Of a stretch of DNA of 42,733 nt, positions 8,049 through 16,707 are shown piece after piece (the first letter of the stretch is position 1; each line of letters opens with the position of its first letter). The notes under the pieces are model-generated. The model was given only the letters and a program-made list of their open reading frames with translations. It was not told the origin of the DNA and did no database searches. The stretch comes from Gaiellales bacterium. Lineage in GTDB: Bacteria > Actinomycetota > Thermoleophilia > Gaiellales > JAICJC01. The stretch is taken from positions 1-42,733 of the forward strand of contig DATIDU010000104.1 of NCBI GenBank assembly GCA_035456145.1, in the 5' to 3' direction. A program made the translations under genes and the position numbers.

Positions 8049-10390
8049 TCCGCCAGTCCGACCTCCGTGAGCGCCTGCCACACCTTCGAGGGCGTGACCG
8101 GCATCTCGAGGTTGCGCACGCCGGCGTGCGCCAGCGCGTCGACCACCGCGTTCACGTAGGCGGCGGGCGAGCCCACCGTGGCCGACTCGCCGACGCCCTT
8201 CGCGCCGAACGGGTGGTGCGGCGAGGGCGTCACCGTCTCGTGCATCTCGAAGTCCGGCGTCTCCCAGGCCGTCGGCAGCAGGTAGTCCATGAAGCTTGAC
8301 CCGATGCAGTTGCCGTCGTCGTCGAACGTGATGAGCTCCATCGCCGCGATGGCGAAGCCCTCCGTCAGGCCGCCGGCGATCTGGCCTTCGACGATCATCG
8401 GGTTGATGCGGACGCCGCAGTCGTCGACCGCGACGACCTTGAGCACCTTCCACTGGCCGGTGCCGCGGTCGATCTCGACGACGGCCGCGTACGTCCCGAA
8501 CGGGAACGTCATGTTCGGCGGGTCGTAGTAGGTGACCCCCTCGAGCCCCGCCTCGAGCCCCTCGGGCAGGTTCGTGTAGGCGGCGAAGGCGCAGTCCTGG
8601 ATCGTCTTCGACTGGTCCGGGCTGCCCTTCACGTGGAAGGAGCCCCGCTCCCACTCGAGGTCGTCCTCGGACGCCTCCAGCAGGTGGGCGGCGATCGTGC
8701 GCGCCTTGTCGCGCAACTTGCGGGCGATCACCGCGGTCGCGGCGCCGCTGACCGGCGTCGACCGGCTGGCGTAGGTGCCGAGCCCGTACGGGGTCGTGTC
8801 GGTGTCGCCCTCCTCCACGAGGACGTCCTCGGCCGGAATGCCGAGCTCCTCGGCCACGATCTGGCCGTAGGTCGTCTCGTGGCCCTGGCCCTGGGACTTG
8901 GTGCCCAGCTTGAGGATCGCCTTCCCGGTCGGATGGATGCGAAGCTCGGCCGAGTCGAACATCCTGAGGCCGGCGATGTCGTAGATCCTCCCCGGCCCGG
9001 CACCGACGACCTCCGTGAACGAGGCGACGCCGATGCCGAGCAGGCGGCCCTCCTTCCGGGCCTCCTCCTGCTCCCGTCGCAGCTCTGCGTACCCGAGCTT
9101 CTCCAGGGCCAGGTCGTGGGCTTTCGTGTAGTCGCCCGAGTCGTACTCGAACCCGGTCGCCGACGTATACGGGAACTGCTCCGGCTTGATGAAGTTCTGG
9201 CGCCGGAAGTCGGCCGGGTCGACGCCGAGCTCGTACGCGGCGGTTTGCACGAGGCGCTCGATCAGATACGAGGCCTCGGTGACGCGGAACGAGCACCGGT
9301 AGGCGACCCCGCCGGGCGCCTTGTTTGTATATGCGCCGACCGCGCTGACATGGGCCGCGGGGATGTCGTAGGAGCCCGTGACGATGTGGAAGAGCCCCGC
9401 CTTGAAGCGGGTCGGCTGGGCGTCGGCGAAGAACGCGCCGTTGTCGGAGAGGAGCGAGGCGCGCAGCCCCGTCATCCGCCCGTCCTTGATCGCCAGCTCG
9501 CCGTGCATGTGGTAGTCGCGCGCGAAGCCGGTCGAGATCAGGTTGCCGAACCGGTCCTCGATCCACTTCACCGGCCGGCCGATCAGGAGCGACGCCGCGG
9601 CTGCAACGACGTAGCCGGGGTAGATCGGCACCTTGTTTCCGAAGCCGCCGCCGATGTCGGGTGAGACGATCCGGATCTGGTGCTCGGGGAGGCCGGCGAC
9701 GATGGCGAAGAGCGTCCGGTGAGCGTGCGGCGCCTGCGACGTCATGTAGATCGTCGCCTTGCCGGTGGCCGGGTTGACGTCGGCCACGCAGCCGCAGCAC
9801 TCCAGGGGTGCCGGATGGCAGCGGGGGTAGAAGGTATCGAGCGAGACCACCCGGTCGGCCTCGGCGAAGGCGCGGTCGGTGGCCTCCTTGTCGCCCGTCT
9901 CCCAGTCGTAGATGTGGTTTCCGGTCTGCCCCTCCTTGTCGTCGCGGATGACCGGAGCACCCTCGGCGAGCGCCTGCTGGGGCGAGGTGACCGCGGGCAG
10001 CATCTCGTAGTCGACGTCGATCAGATCCAGCGCGTCGCGGGCGATGTAGGCGTTCTCGGCGACGACGGCCGCGACCTCCTGGCCCTGGAAGCGCACCTTG
10101 TCCGTGGCGAGCACCGCCTGGGTGTCGCCCGAGAGCGTGGGCATCCACGCCAGGTTGTGCTGCGCCATGAGGTCGCCGGTGACGACGGCGACGACGCCCG
10201 GAAGCGCCGCGGCGCGGCTGGTGTCGATCGACTTGATCCGGGCATGCGCGACGGGGCTGCGCAGGAGCTCGAGGTGGAGCATGTTGGGCAGCACGATGTC
10301 GTCGACGTAGTTGCCGCGGCCGCGGATGAAGCGGGCGTCCTCGATGCGCTTCACCGAGTGCCCGAGGCCGCGTGGCTCGGTGGTGGCCAT
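8045..10390 (-). CDS. coxL: Aerobic carbon monoxide dehydrogenase large (molybdopterin) subunit, form I
   Basis: 781 codons. The ATG at 10390 is preceded by GAGG. The form I active-site signature VAYRCSFR is encoded at 9284..9307. The sequence is xanthine-dehydrogenase-family throughout. Confidence 0.95.
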   Translation of the reverse strand: MATTEPRGLGHSVKRIEDARFIRGRGNYVDDIVLPNMLHLELLRSPVAHARIKSIDTSRAAALPGVVAVVTGDLMAQHNLAWMPTLSGDTQAVLATDKVRFQGQEVAAVVAENAYIARDALDLIDVDYEMLPAVTSPQQALAEGAPVIRDDKEGQTGNHIYDWETGDKEATDRAFAEADRVVSLDTFYPRCHPAPLECCGCVADVNPATGKATIYMTSQAPHAHRTLFAIVAGLPEHQIRIVSPDIGGGFGNKVPIYPGYVVAAAASLLIGRPVKWIEDRFGNLISTGFARDYHMHGELAIKDGRMTGLRASLLSDNGAFFADAQPTRFKAGLFHIVTGSYDIPAAHVSAVGAYTNKAPGGVAYRCSFRVTEASYLIERLVQTAAYELGVDPADFRRQNFIKPEQFPYTSATGFEYDSGDYTKAHDLALEKLGYAELRREQEEARKEGRLLGIGVASFTEVVGAGPGRIYDIAGLRMFDSAELRIHPTGKAILKLGTKSQGQGHETTYGQIVAEELGIPAEDVLVEEGDTDTTPYGLGTYASRSTPVSGAATAVIARKLRDKARTIAAHLLEASEDDLEWERGSFHVKGSPDQSKTIQDCAFAAYTNLPEGLEAGLEGVTYYDPPNMTFPFGTYAAVVEIDRGTGQWKVLKVVAVDDCGVRINPMIVEGQIAGGLTEGFAIAAMELITFDDDGNCIGSSFMDYLLPTAWETPDFEMHETVTPSPHHPFGAKGVGESATVGSPAAYVNAVVDALAHAGVRNLEMPVTPSKVWQALTEVGLAE

Positions 10391-10902
10391 CACGCACCTC
10401 CCTCTGCCAGCGTGGCGGCCGCGTGCTTCACGGCCTTCACGATGTTCTGGTAGCCCGTGCACCGGCACACGTTGCCGGAGAGGGCCCAGCGGATCTCCTC
10501 GTCGGTCGGATTCGGGTTCTCGGCGAGGAACGCCACCGACGTCAGCATCATCCCCGGCGTGCAGAACCCGCACTGGAGCCCGTGCTCCTGGTGGAACCCG
10601 TCCTGGATGGCGTGCAGCTGGGCGCCCTGGGCGAGCCCCTCGACCGTCGTGATCGCACGGCCGTCCGCCTGCACCGCGAACATCGTGCACGACTTGGTCG
10701 GCACGCCGTCGACGAGGACGGTGCAGGCGCCGCAGCTTGTCGTGTCGCAGCCGATGTGGGTGCCGGTCAGGCCCAGCGTCTGGCGCAGGAAGTGAGCAAG
10801 CAGGAGCCGCGTCTCGACCTGCGCCGAGCGCTCCTGGCCGTTCACGGTGACGGTCACCTGCGAGGTGTGCGTGGAATCTCCGACGGTGGTGGCCATCGTC
10901 AT
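10390..10902 (-). CDS. coxS: CO dehydrogenase small (2Fe-2S) subunit
   Basis: This is the C-terminal 170 aa of ORF 10390..11445, with the two [2Fe-2S] Cys motifs ([11 protein letters not shown]; CGFCTPG..CRCTGY). The ATG at 10902 overlaps the coxM stop (ATGA). An alternative ATG at 10896 sits 6 nt after GGAGGG. The stop overlaps the coxL ATG (TGATG). Confidence 0.93.
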   Translation of the reverse strand: MTMATTVGDSTHTSQVTVTVNGQERSAQVETRLLLAHFLRQTLGLTGTHIGCDTTSCGACTVLVDGVPTKSCTMFAVQADGRAITTVEGLAQGAQLHAIQDGFHQEHGLQCGFCTPGMMLTSVAFLAENPNPTDEEIRWALSGNVCRCTGYQNIVKAVKHAAATLAEGGA

Positions 10903-11783
10903 CCCTCCTGTCCGGCCTGGGCCTCGGCGACCGCCTGGCGCAGCCCGCGCTCGGTGTAGACGCGTACGACGCTTCGCTTGAAGTCCACAGTGCCGCGCAC
11001 GTCGTCGCGCGGCTCGGCGGCCTCCGCTGCCAGCTTCGCCGCCTCCCGGATCGCATCGTCGTCCGGCGCGCGGCCTGCCAGCGCCTCCTCGGCTGCCCGG
11101 GCGCGCATGTTGGTGGGGCCGACGCCGGTCAGGGCGATCCCCGCCCTCCCGATCGTCCCATTCGAGAGCGACACCTGAACGGCAACGCCGACCGTGGCGA
11201 AGTCGCCGATCTTGCGCTCGAGCTTCAGGTACGTGCCAGACGCGCGCGGCCCCGGGTCGGGCACGCGCACCTCGGTGATCAGCTCGTTCGGCTCGAGCGT
11301 CGTCATGAACGGCCCCGTGAGCAGATCGTCGATCGAGCTGGTGCGGCTCGCGCCGCCCGGGCCTCGGATCGTGGCCTCCGCCCCGGCCGCGAGGAGCACC
11401 GATGCCCAGTCGCCCTGCGGGTCGGCGTGCGCGAGCGAGCCACACAGCGTCCCGTGGTTTCTCACGATCGGATCCGAGATCTGGGGCGCCGCCCTGCCCA
11501 GCGCCGCGTAGCGTCCCTTCAGGTGCTCCGACCGCTCGCAGTCCCGGTGGCGGACGCGGGCTCCGATCACGACGCCGTCGTCGCCGGTCGCGATGGTGTC
11601 GCCGAGGTCGGCGACGTGGTTGATGTCGACGAGCACCGCCGGGGCCGCGAAGCGCAGTTTCATGAGCGGGATCAGGCTCTGGCCGCCGGCCAGCACCTTC
11701 CCGTCATCACCATGTGCGTCGAGGTGTGCGAAGGCGTCGTCGAGCGTCGTGGGTGCCACGTACTCGAAGCTCGCGGGGTACAC
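10899..11783 (-). CDS. coxM: CO dehydrogenase medium (FAD-binding) subunit
   Basis: This is the last 294 codons of ORF 10899..11978, with the FAD-binding motif [13 protein letters not shown] and a CO-dehydrogenase flavoprotein C-terminal region. The GTG at 11783 is preceded by GGAGGGAGGG at 5 nt. Confidence 0.9.
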   Translation of the reverse strand: MYPASFEYVAPTTLDDAFAHLDAHGDDGKVLAGGQSLIPLMKLRFAAPAVLVDINHVADLGDTIATGDDGVVIGARVRHRDCERSEHLKGRYAALGRAAPQISDPIVRNHGTLCGSLAHADPQGDWASVLLAAGAEATIRGPGGASRTSSIDDLLTGPFMTTLEPNELITEVRVPDPGPRASGTYLKLERKIGDFATVGVAVQVSLSNGTIGRAGIALTGVGPTNMRARAAEEALAGRAPDDDAIREAAKLAAEAAEPRDDVRGTVDFKRSVVRVYTERGLRQAVAEAQAGQEG

Positions 11784-11857
11784 GAGGTCCCTCCCTCCGG
11801 CGGGCGGCACCCGGCTTCCTCGGGCCGGGCCGGCCCGACGTTCGAAGATGCGGTGAG

Positions 11858-11883
11858 GATACCGGGTCTTGCACCCCCGGAAC
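11858..11883 (-). promoter_or_regulatory. Weak SigB/SigF-like promoter candidate upstream of coxM (GTTC-N16-GGTATC)
   Basis: The minus strand reads GTTC (11883-11880), a 16-nt spacer, then GGTATC (11863-11858), about 75 nt upstream of the coxM GTG. There is one mismatch in each half relative to GTTT/GGGTAT. Confidence 0.25.
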
Positions 11884-12112
11884 GGTGTCTCCAATTCCAG
11901 TCGAAAACGTGAATCGGAGCCCACCGGATGTCGGAGCCGACGCGGAGCGTGGGCCGGTGTGGACGGACATGACCACATGACATTCCGATCCGCCTACTGC
12001 ATTCCGAGGCCGATGGGTGCTCACCGTCGTCGGCGTTCCTCGTGGACCGTGATTGAGCGGCGTCTGGGCGCGCCGGTCAATCGCCGCCCGGTTTCGGCCG
12101 ATAACGCAGGGC

Positions 12113-14335
12113 ATGGGATTGCGCTTCGGGCGGCGACACTTCGCCATGCGCGCCCGCGTCCGCCGCGGGCTGTCCGGCGTTGCCCGTCGTAGCCGGCTCG
12201 CCTGGACCGGCGAGGAGCAGCTGCGGCTCGCGCTGGCCGCGGCCCGGATGGGGACGTTCGAATGGGACCTGCGCAGCCACCGGGGTACGATGTCGCCGGA
12301 GCTGGAGGCGATCCACGGCCTCGCGCCGGGCGAGTTCGACGGCAGCGCGGAGATGCTCATGGAGCTCGTGCACCCCGACGACCGCGACGTCCTGCTCTCG
12401 AGCTTTGCCGAGGCGGCCGCAGGCGGCGGAACCTACGAATCGGTGTTCCGGATCGTCCTGCCGAGCGGCGAGGTGCGGTGGCGGACAGCCGTCGCGACCA
12501 TCCTGACCGGCGCCGACGGCATGCCGTCGCGCATCGTCGGGGTCGGGCAGGACGTGACCGACCGGCGCAGGGCGGAGGAGACCCTCGCCGAGGCGCAGGC
12601 CCGGTACCGGCGGATGGTCGAGCAGCTGCCGCTCGTGACGTACGTCGAGAGCCTCGACGCCGAGAGCGCGCTCTACATCAGCCCGCAGATCGAGGAGCTC
12701 TGCGGTTACACCGCGGAGGAGTGGATGGCCGACCCCCAGTTCTTCGGCAAGGTGCTCCACCCCGACGACCGCGACCATGTGCTGGGCGAGTTCGCCAACA
12801 CCCACATGACGGGCGACATGTACGACGGCGAGTACCGGGTGGTCGCCAGGGACGGCCGGATCGTCTGGGTGCACGACGTCGCGGTCAGGGTGCGCGACGA
12901 CGACGGCAACCCGCTCTACTCGCAGGGCTACATGGTCGACGTGACCGCACGCCACGCGGCAGAGCAGGCGCTCGCCGAGAGCCGGGCGCAGCTCGAGCAG
13001 CGGATGCGCGAGATCGAGCATCAGGCCCTGCACGACGCGCTCACCGACCTGCCGAACCGCACGCTCTTCCACGACCGTGTCGAGCAGGCGCTTCGCACCG
13101 CGCGCCGCACGGGCGGCGGTGTGTGCGTCATGCTGATCGACCTCGACCGGTTCAAGGAGGTGAACGACACGCTCGGCCACGCGAGCGGCGACGTCCTCCT
13201 CCAGGAGGTGGCCCGCCGGCTGCGGGCGCCGGTGCGCGAGTGCGACACGGTCGCACGCCTCGGCGGCGATGAGTTCGGCGTGCTGGCGGCCGGCATCGCG
13301 ACGCCGGCCGACGCGATCGTCCTCGCCGAGAAGCTGCGCGAGGCGCTGACGGAGCCGATCGCCGTCGCCGGCCTGGCGCTTGAGGTCGAGTCGAGCATCG
13401 GGATCGCGCTCGCGCCGGATCACGGACTCGACGTCGAAACGCTCATCCGCCACGCCGACGTCGCGATGTACGTCAGCAAGGCCACGCACAACCCCGCCCT
13501 GTACTCGCCCGAGACCGACCACCATTCGCGTGTGCGCCTCACGCTGGTGGCCGACCTGCGCCGCGCGCTGGAGCGCGAGGAGCTCGTCGTCTACTACCAG
13601 CCGCAGGCCTGCGCGACGACCGGCGCCGTCCGCACCATGGAGGCGCTGGTGCGCTGGGAGCATCCCGTCCACGGCCTGCTCACGCCTGACCAGTTCGTGC
13701 CGGTGGCCGAGCAGACCGGGCTCATCCGGCCGCTCACCCTGTACATGCTGGACGCCGCCCTGCGCCAGTGCACGGAGTGGCGACGCTCCGGCTACGACGT
13801 CGCCGTCGCCGTGAACGTCACCGGGCGCGATCTCCTGGACCTGCGCTTCCCCGAGCAGGTCGCGGCGGCGATCGCGCGCGCCGGAGTCGCAGCGGAGGCG
13901 CTCGAGCTCGAGATCACCGAGAGCACGATCATGGCCGACGCCGCCCGCGCCCGCTCGGTACTCGTGCAGCTCTCCGAGCTTGGGGTGCGCCTCGCGATCG
14001 ACGACTTCGGCAGCGGCCACTCGTCGCTCGGCTATCTGAAGCGGCTGCCGATCGACGTCTTGAAGATCGACCGCTCCTTCGTCATGAACATGGCCGACGG
14101 GAGCGACGACGTGGTGATCGTCCGCTCGACGATCGACCTCGGCCACAACCTCGGCCTCCAGGTGGTCGCCGAGGGCGTCGAGACCCAGGAGGCGCTGGCG
14201 CAGCTCATGGAATTCGGCTGCGACTCGGTGCAGGGCTACTTCCTGAGCCGGCCCCAGCCGACCGATGCCGTCGAGTGGATCGTCCGCCGCCTGGCACGCC
14301 GCCTCCCGCCCGGCGACGTCTCGGCCACCGGCTGA
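12113..14335 (+). CDS. PAS-PAS-GGDEF-EAL bifunctional c-di-GMP signalling protein
   Basis: ORF 12053..14335. It has two PAS-like units (MGTFEWDL.., VHPDDRD; LYISPQIEELCGYTAEEW, LHPDDRD). The GGDEF domain has LTDLPNR, DLDRFKEVNDTLGH, an RECD I-site and RLGGDEF. The EAL domain has YQPQ..EALVRW, EITE, DDFGSGHSS, EGVE and QGY. The start is uncertain (TTG 12053, ATG 12113 or ATG 12146). Confidence 0.9.
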   Translation: MGLRFGRRHFAMRARVRRGLSGVARRSRLAWTGEEQLRLALAAARMGTFEWDLRSHRGTMSPELEAIHGLAPGEFDGSAEMLMELVHPDDRDVLLSSFAEAAAGGGTYESVFRIVLPSGEVRWRTAVATILTGADGMPSRIVGVGQDVTDRRRAEETLAEAQARYRRMVEQLPLVTYVESLDAESALYISPQIEELCGYTAEEWMADPQFFGKVLHPDDRDHVLGEFANTHMTGDMYDGEYRVVARDGRIVWVHDVAVRVRDDDGNPLYSQGYMVDVTARHAAEQALAESRAQLEQRMREIEHQALHDALTDLPNRTLFHDRVEQALRTARRTGGGVCVMLIDLDRFKEVNDTLGHASGDVLLQEVARRLRAPVRECDTVARLGGDEFGVLAAGIATPADAIVLAEKLREALTEPIAVAGLALEVESSIGIALAPDHGLDVETLIRHADVAMYVSKATHNPALYSPETDHHSRVRLTLVADLRRALEREELVVYYQPQACATTGAVRTMEALVRWEHPVHGLLTPDQFVPVAEQTGLIRPLTLYMLDAALRQCTEWRRSGYDVAVAVNVTGRDLLDLRFPEQVAAAIARAGVAAEALELEITESTIMADAARARSVLVQLSELGVRLAIDDFGSGHSSLGYLKRLPIDVLKIDRSFVMNMADGSDDVVIVRSTIDLGHNLGLQVVAEGVETQEALAQLMEFGCDSVQGYFLSRPQPTDAVEWIVRRLARRLPPGDVSATG

Positions 14336-14336
14336 C

Positions 14337-14361
14337 GTTTCGCGTCGCGCGTCGTGGGTAG
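14337..14361 (+). promoter_or_regulatory. SigB/SigF-type promoter candidate GTTT-N15-GGGTAG
   Basis: GTTT at 14337-14340, a 15-nt spacer, then GGGTAG at 14356-14361. It lies 31 nt upstream of ATG 14393, and the AGGAGG RBS lies in between. Confidence 0.45.
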
Positions 14362-14392
14362 TGAGCGGGTTCCCCACCCTTAGGAGGACCCG

Positions 14393-14686
14393 ATGATCAC
14401 GCTCACCCTTGAGGCGACCGACGCGATCCGCGATCTCGTGGGGAGCGCCGAGCTTCCGGCGACCGGCGGGCTGCGGCTCGACACGAACGATCCGGATCTG
14501 AACAGCGCGCCACCGAGCCTGGCCCTCACGCTCGTCGAGTCCCCCGCCGCGGGCGACGAGGTGATCGACGAGGGCGGCGTTCACGTGTACGTGTCACGGC
14601 AGGCCGCGCCGCTCCTCGACGGCAAGGAGATCGACGCCCGCACCGAGGCGGGCGGCGTCACCTTCCTCGTGAACGAACAGCGCTAA
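14393..14686 (+). CDS. HesB/IscA-like small protein (no conserved cysteines)
   Basis: 97-aa ORF with a strong RBS (TTAGGAGGACCCG ATG) and high GC3. The sequence pattern (ITLTLEATDAIRDL.., GGLRL.., VYVSRQAAPLLDGKEID) resembles the Fe-S biosynthesis HesB fold but lacks Cys residues. Confidence 0.65.
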   Translation: MITLTLEATDAIRDLVGSAELPATGGLRLDTNDPDLNSAPPSLALTLVESPAAGDEVIDEGGVHVYVSRQAAPLLDGKEIDARTEAGGVTFLVNEQR

Positions 14687-14697
14687 GGCGGACAACC

Positions 14698-14728
14698 GGG
14701 GTCAGGCCCCCGTACGGGGCCTGACCCC
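14698..14728. terminator. Bidirectional hairpin between convergent genes (13-bp perfect stem)
   Basis: GGGGTCAGGCCCC (14698-14710), loop CGTAC, then GGGGCCTGACCCC (14716-14728). It sits between the stop at 14686 (+) and the stop at 14743 (-). There is no clear U-tract. Confidence 0.7.
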
Positions 14729-14742
14729 ATGGGGTTCGGCGA

Positions 14743-16707
14743 CTACGGCGCGCCGTCCAGCGACTCGGCCAGAAGCGTGGCCACGTCCGCCACGCGCAGG
14801 TCGCGGCCTGACGTGCGAACGCCGTCGTCGAGCATGATCGTGCAGTAGGGGCAGGCGACCGCCAGCGTGCCGGCGCCGGTCTCGGCCGCCTCGCGCACAC
14901 GCTCCTCGTTGATCCCCCGCCCCCGCTCCTCCATCCACATGTGCGCGCCGCCCGCGCCGCAGCAGAAGGTCTTCTTGCCGCTTCGGGCCATCTCGACCGG
15001 CGTCCCGACCGCCGCCACCAGCTCGCGCGGCTCGGCGGCGACGTCGTTGTGGCGGGCCAGGTAGCAGGAGTCGTGGTAGGTGATCGGCTTCTCGCCGCCG
15101 CCGGGGGTGATCCGGCCCTCGCGCACCAGCTCGGCCAGGAGCTCCGAGTGGTGCACCACCTCGTAGCGTCCGCCGAAGTCCGGGTACTCGTTTGAGAGCG
15201 TGTTGAAGCAGTGCGGGCACGACGTGACGATCTTGCCGGCGCCGGCCTCGTTCAGGGTCTCGACGTTCTGCTCGGCGAACGCCTGGAAGACGTACTCGTT
15301 CCCCATCCGCCGGGCCGGGTCGCCTGTGCATGCCTCGCGCGGGCCGAGGATGGCGAAGTCGACTCCGGCGGCCTGGAGCAGCTTGGCGGTCGACTCGGCC
15401 GACGCCTTGGCGCGCTCGTCGAAGGACGCCGCGCAGCCCACCCAGTAGAGCACCTCCGGCGCCGGGTCGCCCGGCTCCAGCACGCGCACTCCGAGGCCCT
15501 CGGCCCAGGCCGCCCGCTCCGACTGGGCCTTGCCCCACGGGTTGGACGAGCGCTCGACGTCGCGCAGCATCGGGTCGGCCTCTGCCGGGAAGCGGGCCTC
15601 GACCATCACCAGGTGGCGACGCAGGTCGACGATGTGATCGATGTGCTCGATCGACACCGGGCAGACCTGGACACACGCCCCGCACGTGACGCAGTCCCAG
15701 ACGACGTCGTCCGTCACCGCGTTCGGCACGAGCGGGGTCGCCTCCCCGCCCGCCGCCGCGGCCGGCCCCTCGGCGAAGAGCTGGTCGCGCAGGCCCATGA
15801 TGAGGAGCTTCGGCGAGAGCGCCTTGCCGGTCGCCCACGCCGGGCAGGCGTCCTGGCAGCGGCCGCACTCCGTGCACGAGAAGGTGTCGATCACCTGCTT
15901 CCAGGTCATGTCGGAGACCGTGCCCGAGCCGAGCCGCATGTCCTCCTCGGGTCCCTCCTCGTCGAAGCGCAGAGATTCCAGCCGTCCTCGCGCATGCGTG
16001 CGCCCGAAGAAGACGTTCACGACGGCCGTCGCGATGTGCAGGTGCTTGGAGTGCGGCAGGTACGCGAGGAACCCGATGATGATGAGGACGTGCGCCCAGA
16101 CGAAGACGCGCTCGGCGTCCTCGGTGCGCGGCCCGCCGCCGAACAGGTTCGAGAGCGCCTTCGAGACCGGCGACCAGCCGGCCGGCCACTCGTTCAGGCC
16201 GAGCGCGATCCGGGTGGCGTGCCAGAGGAGAAGCGTCGTCACGATGCCCGCGATCAGCGCCAGGATCAGGTCGGCCTCGCCGATGTGGCTGCCCTCGAAC
16301 CGGGCCGGCCGCTGCACCTTGCGGATCACGAACGCCGTCACGACGCCAGCGAGGACAAGCACGGCGAAGACGTCCACAAGGAACGCGAACCAGCCCTGGC
16401 TCCCGAGCCACGGGATCGTCGAGTCCTTCGAGACCACCGCGATCAGCGCCATCACGATGGTCGGGAAGAGCACCAGGAAGCCCCAGAAGATGAAGGCGTG
16501 CATCAGCCCGGGCACGAGCCGCTGGAGCAGCTTCCGCTGCCCGAGCGCGATCACGACCTCGTTTCGCACCCGCGCCCCCAGCTCGCCCGAGCGGTCGGTG
16601 GGGCGAGCGGCGCGAACCAGGCGGACGAGCACCACCGCCCGCCGCGCGAACAGCCCTCCGCCGACCGCCAGGACCCCGAGCAGGACGAGGAGGGCGAGCG
16701 AGTCTAT
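14743..16707 (-). CDS. Membrane-bound (Fe-S)-binding oxidoreductase, EtfD/heterodisulfide-reductase-like (ETF:quinone link)
   Basis: This is the C-terminal ~654 codons of ORF 14743..17838. It has N-terminal TM helices, two 4Fe-4S motifs (CTECGRCQDACP and CVTCGACVQVCP) and cysteine-rich CCG-type regions (CPHCFN, CCGAGG, CPYC). The start is unresolved: homology begins at ATA 16707-16705, overlapping the etfA TAG. The next in-frame canonical starts are GTG 16881 (inside etfA) or a GTG about 24 codons downstream. Confidence 0.85.
   Translation of the reverse strand: MDSLALLVLLGVLAVGGGLFARRAVVLVRLVRAARPTDRSGELGARVRNEVVIALGQRKLLQRLVPGLMHAFIFWGFLVLFPTIVMALIAVVSKDSTIPWLGSQGWFAFLVDVFAVLVLAGVVTAFVIRKVQRPARFEGSHIGEADLILALIAGIVTTLLLWHATRIALGLNEWPAGWSPVSKALSNLFGGGPRTEDAERVFVWAHVLIIIGFLAYLPHSKHLHIATAVVNVFFGRTHARGRLESLRFDEEGPEEDMRLGSGTVSDMTWKQVIDTFSCTECGRCQDACPAWATGKALSPKLLIMGLRDQLFAEGPAAAAGGEATPLVPNAVTDDVVWDCVTCGACVQVCPVSIEHIDHIVDLRRHLVMVEARFPAEADPMLRDVERSSNPWGKAQSERAAWAEGLGVRVLEPGDPAPEVLYWVGCAASFDERAKASAESTAKLLQAAGVDFAILGPREACTGDPARRMGNEYVFQAFAEQNVETLNEAGAGKIVTSCPHCFNTLSNEYPDFGGRYEVVHHSELLAELVREGRITPGGGEKPITYHDSCYLARHNDVAAEPRELVAAVGTPVEMARSGKKTFCCGAGGAHMWMEERGRGINEERVREAAETGAGTLAVACPYCTIMLDDGVRTSGRDLRVADVATLLAESLDGAP

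Noticed and set aside
7146-11978. Very long N-terminal extensions of the cox-cluster ORFs (1083-aa 7146..10397, 1003-aa 8045..11056, 351-aa 10390..11445, 359-aa 10899..11978)
   Set aside because: The extensions are Arg-rich translations of the upstream gene in another frame. Conserved sequence begins at internal starts that have RBSs or stop/start overlaps.
14362-14392. Possible third, partial copy of the two-hairpin repeat in the HesB-like gene leader (GTGAGC, GGGTTCCCC, CCTTAGGAGG words)
   Set aside because: Only short words are shared, and in a different order. No hairpin arms are present. The similarity is largely the RBS itself.
12077-14584. Long antisense or off-frame ORFs (for example 12077..14584, 18598..21009, 1986..3668, 6233..8032, 5175..6704 N-terminal part, 15211..16776, 16906..18342, 28694..30460, 35237..36943, 8633..9664)
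   Set aside because: All are opposite to, or out of frame with, genes that have clear homology. Their low-complexity R/P/G/A-rich composition is typical of spurious ORFs in high-GC DNA. None shows a recognisable domain.
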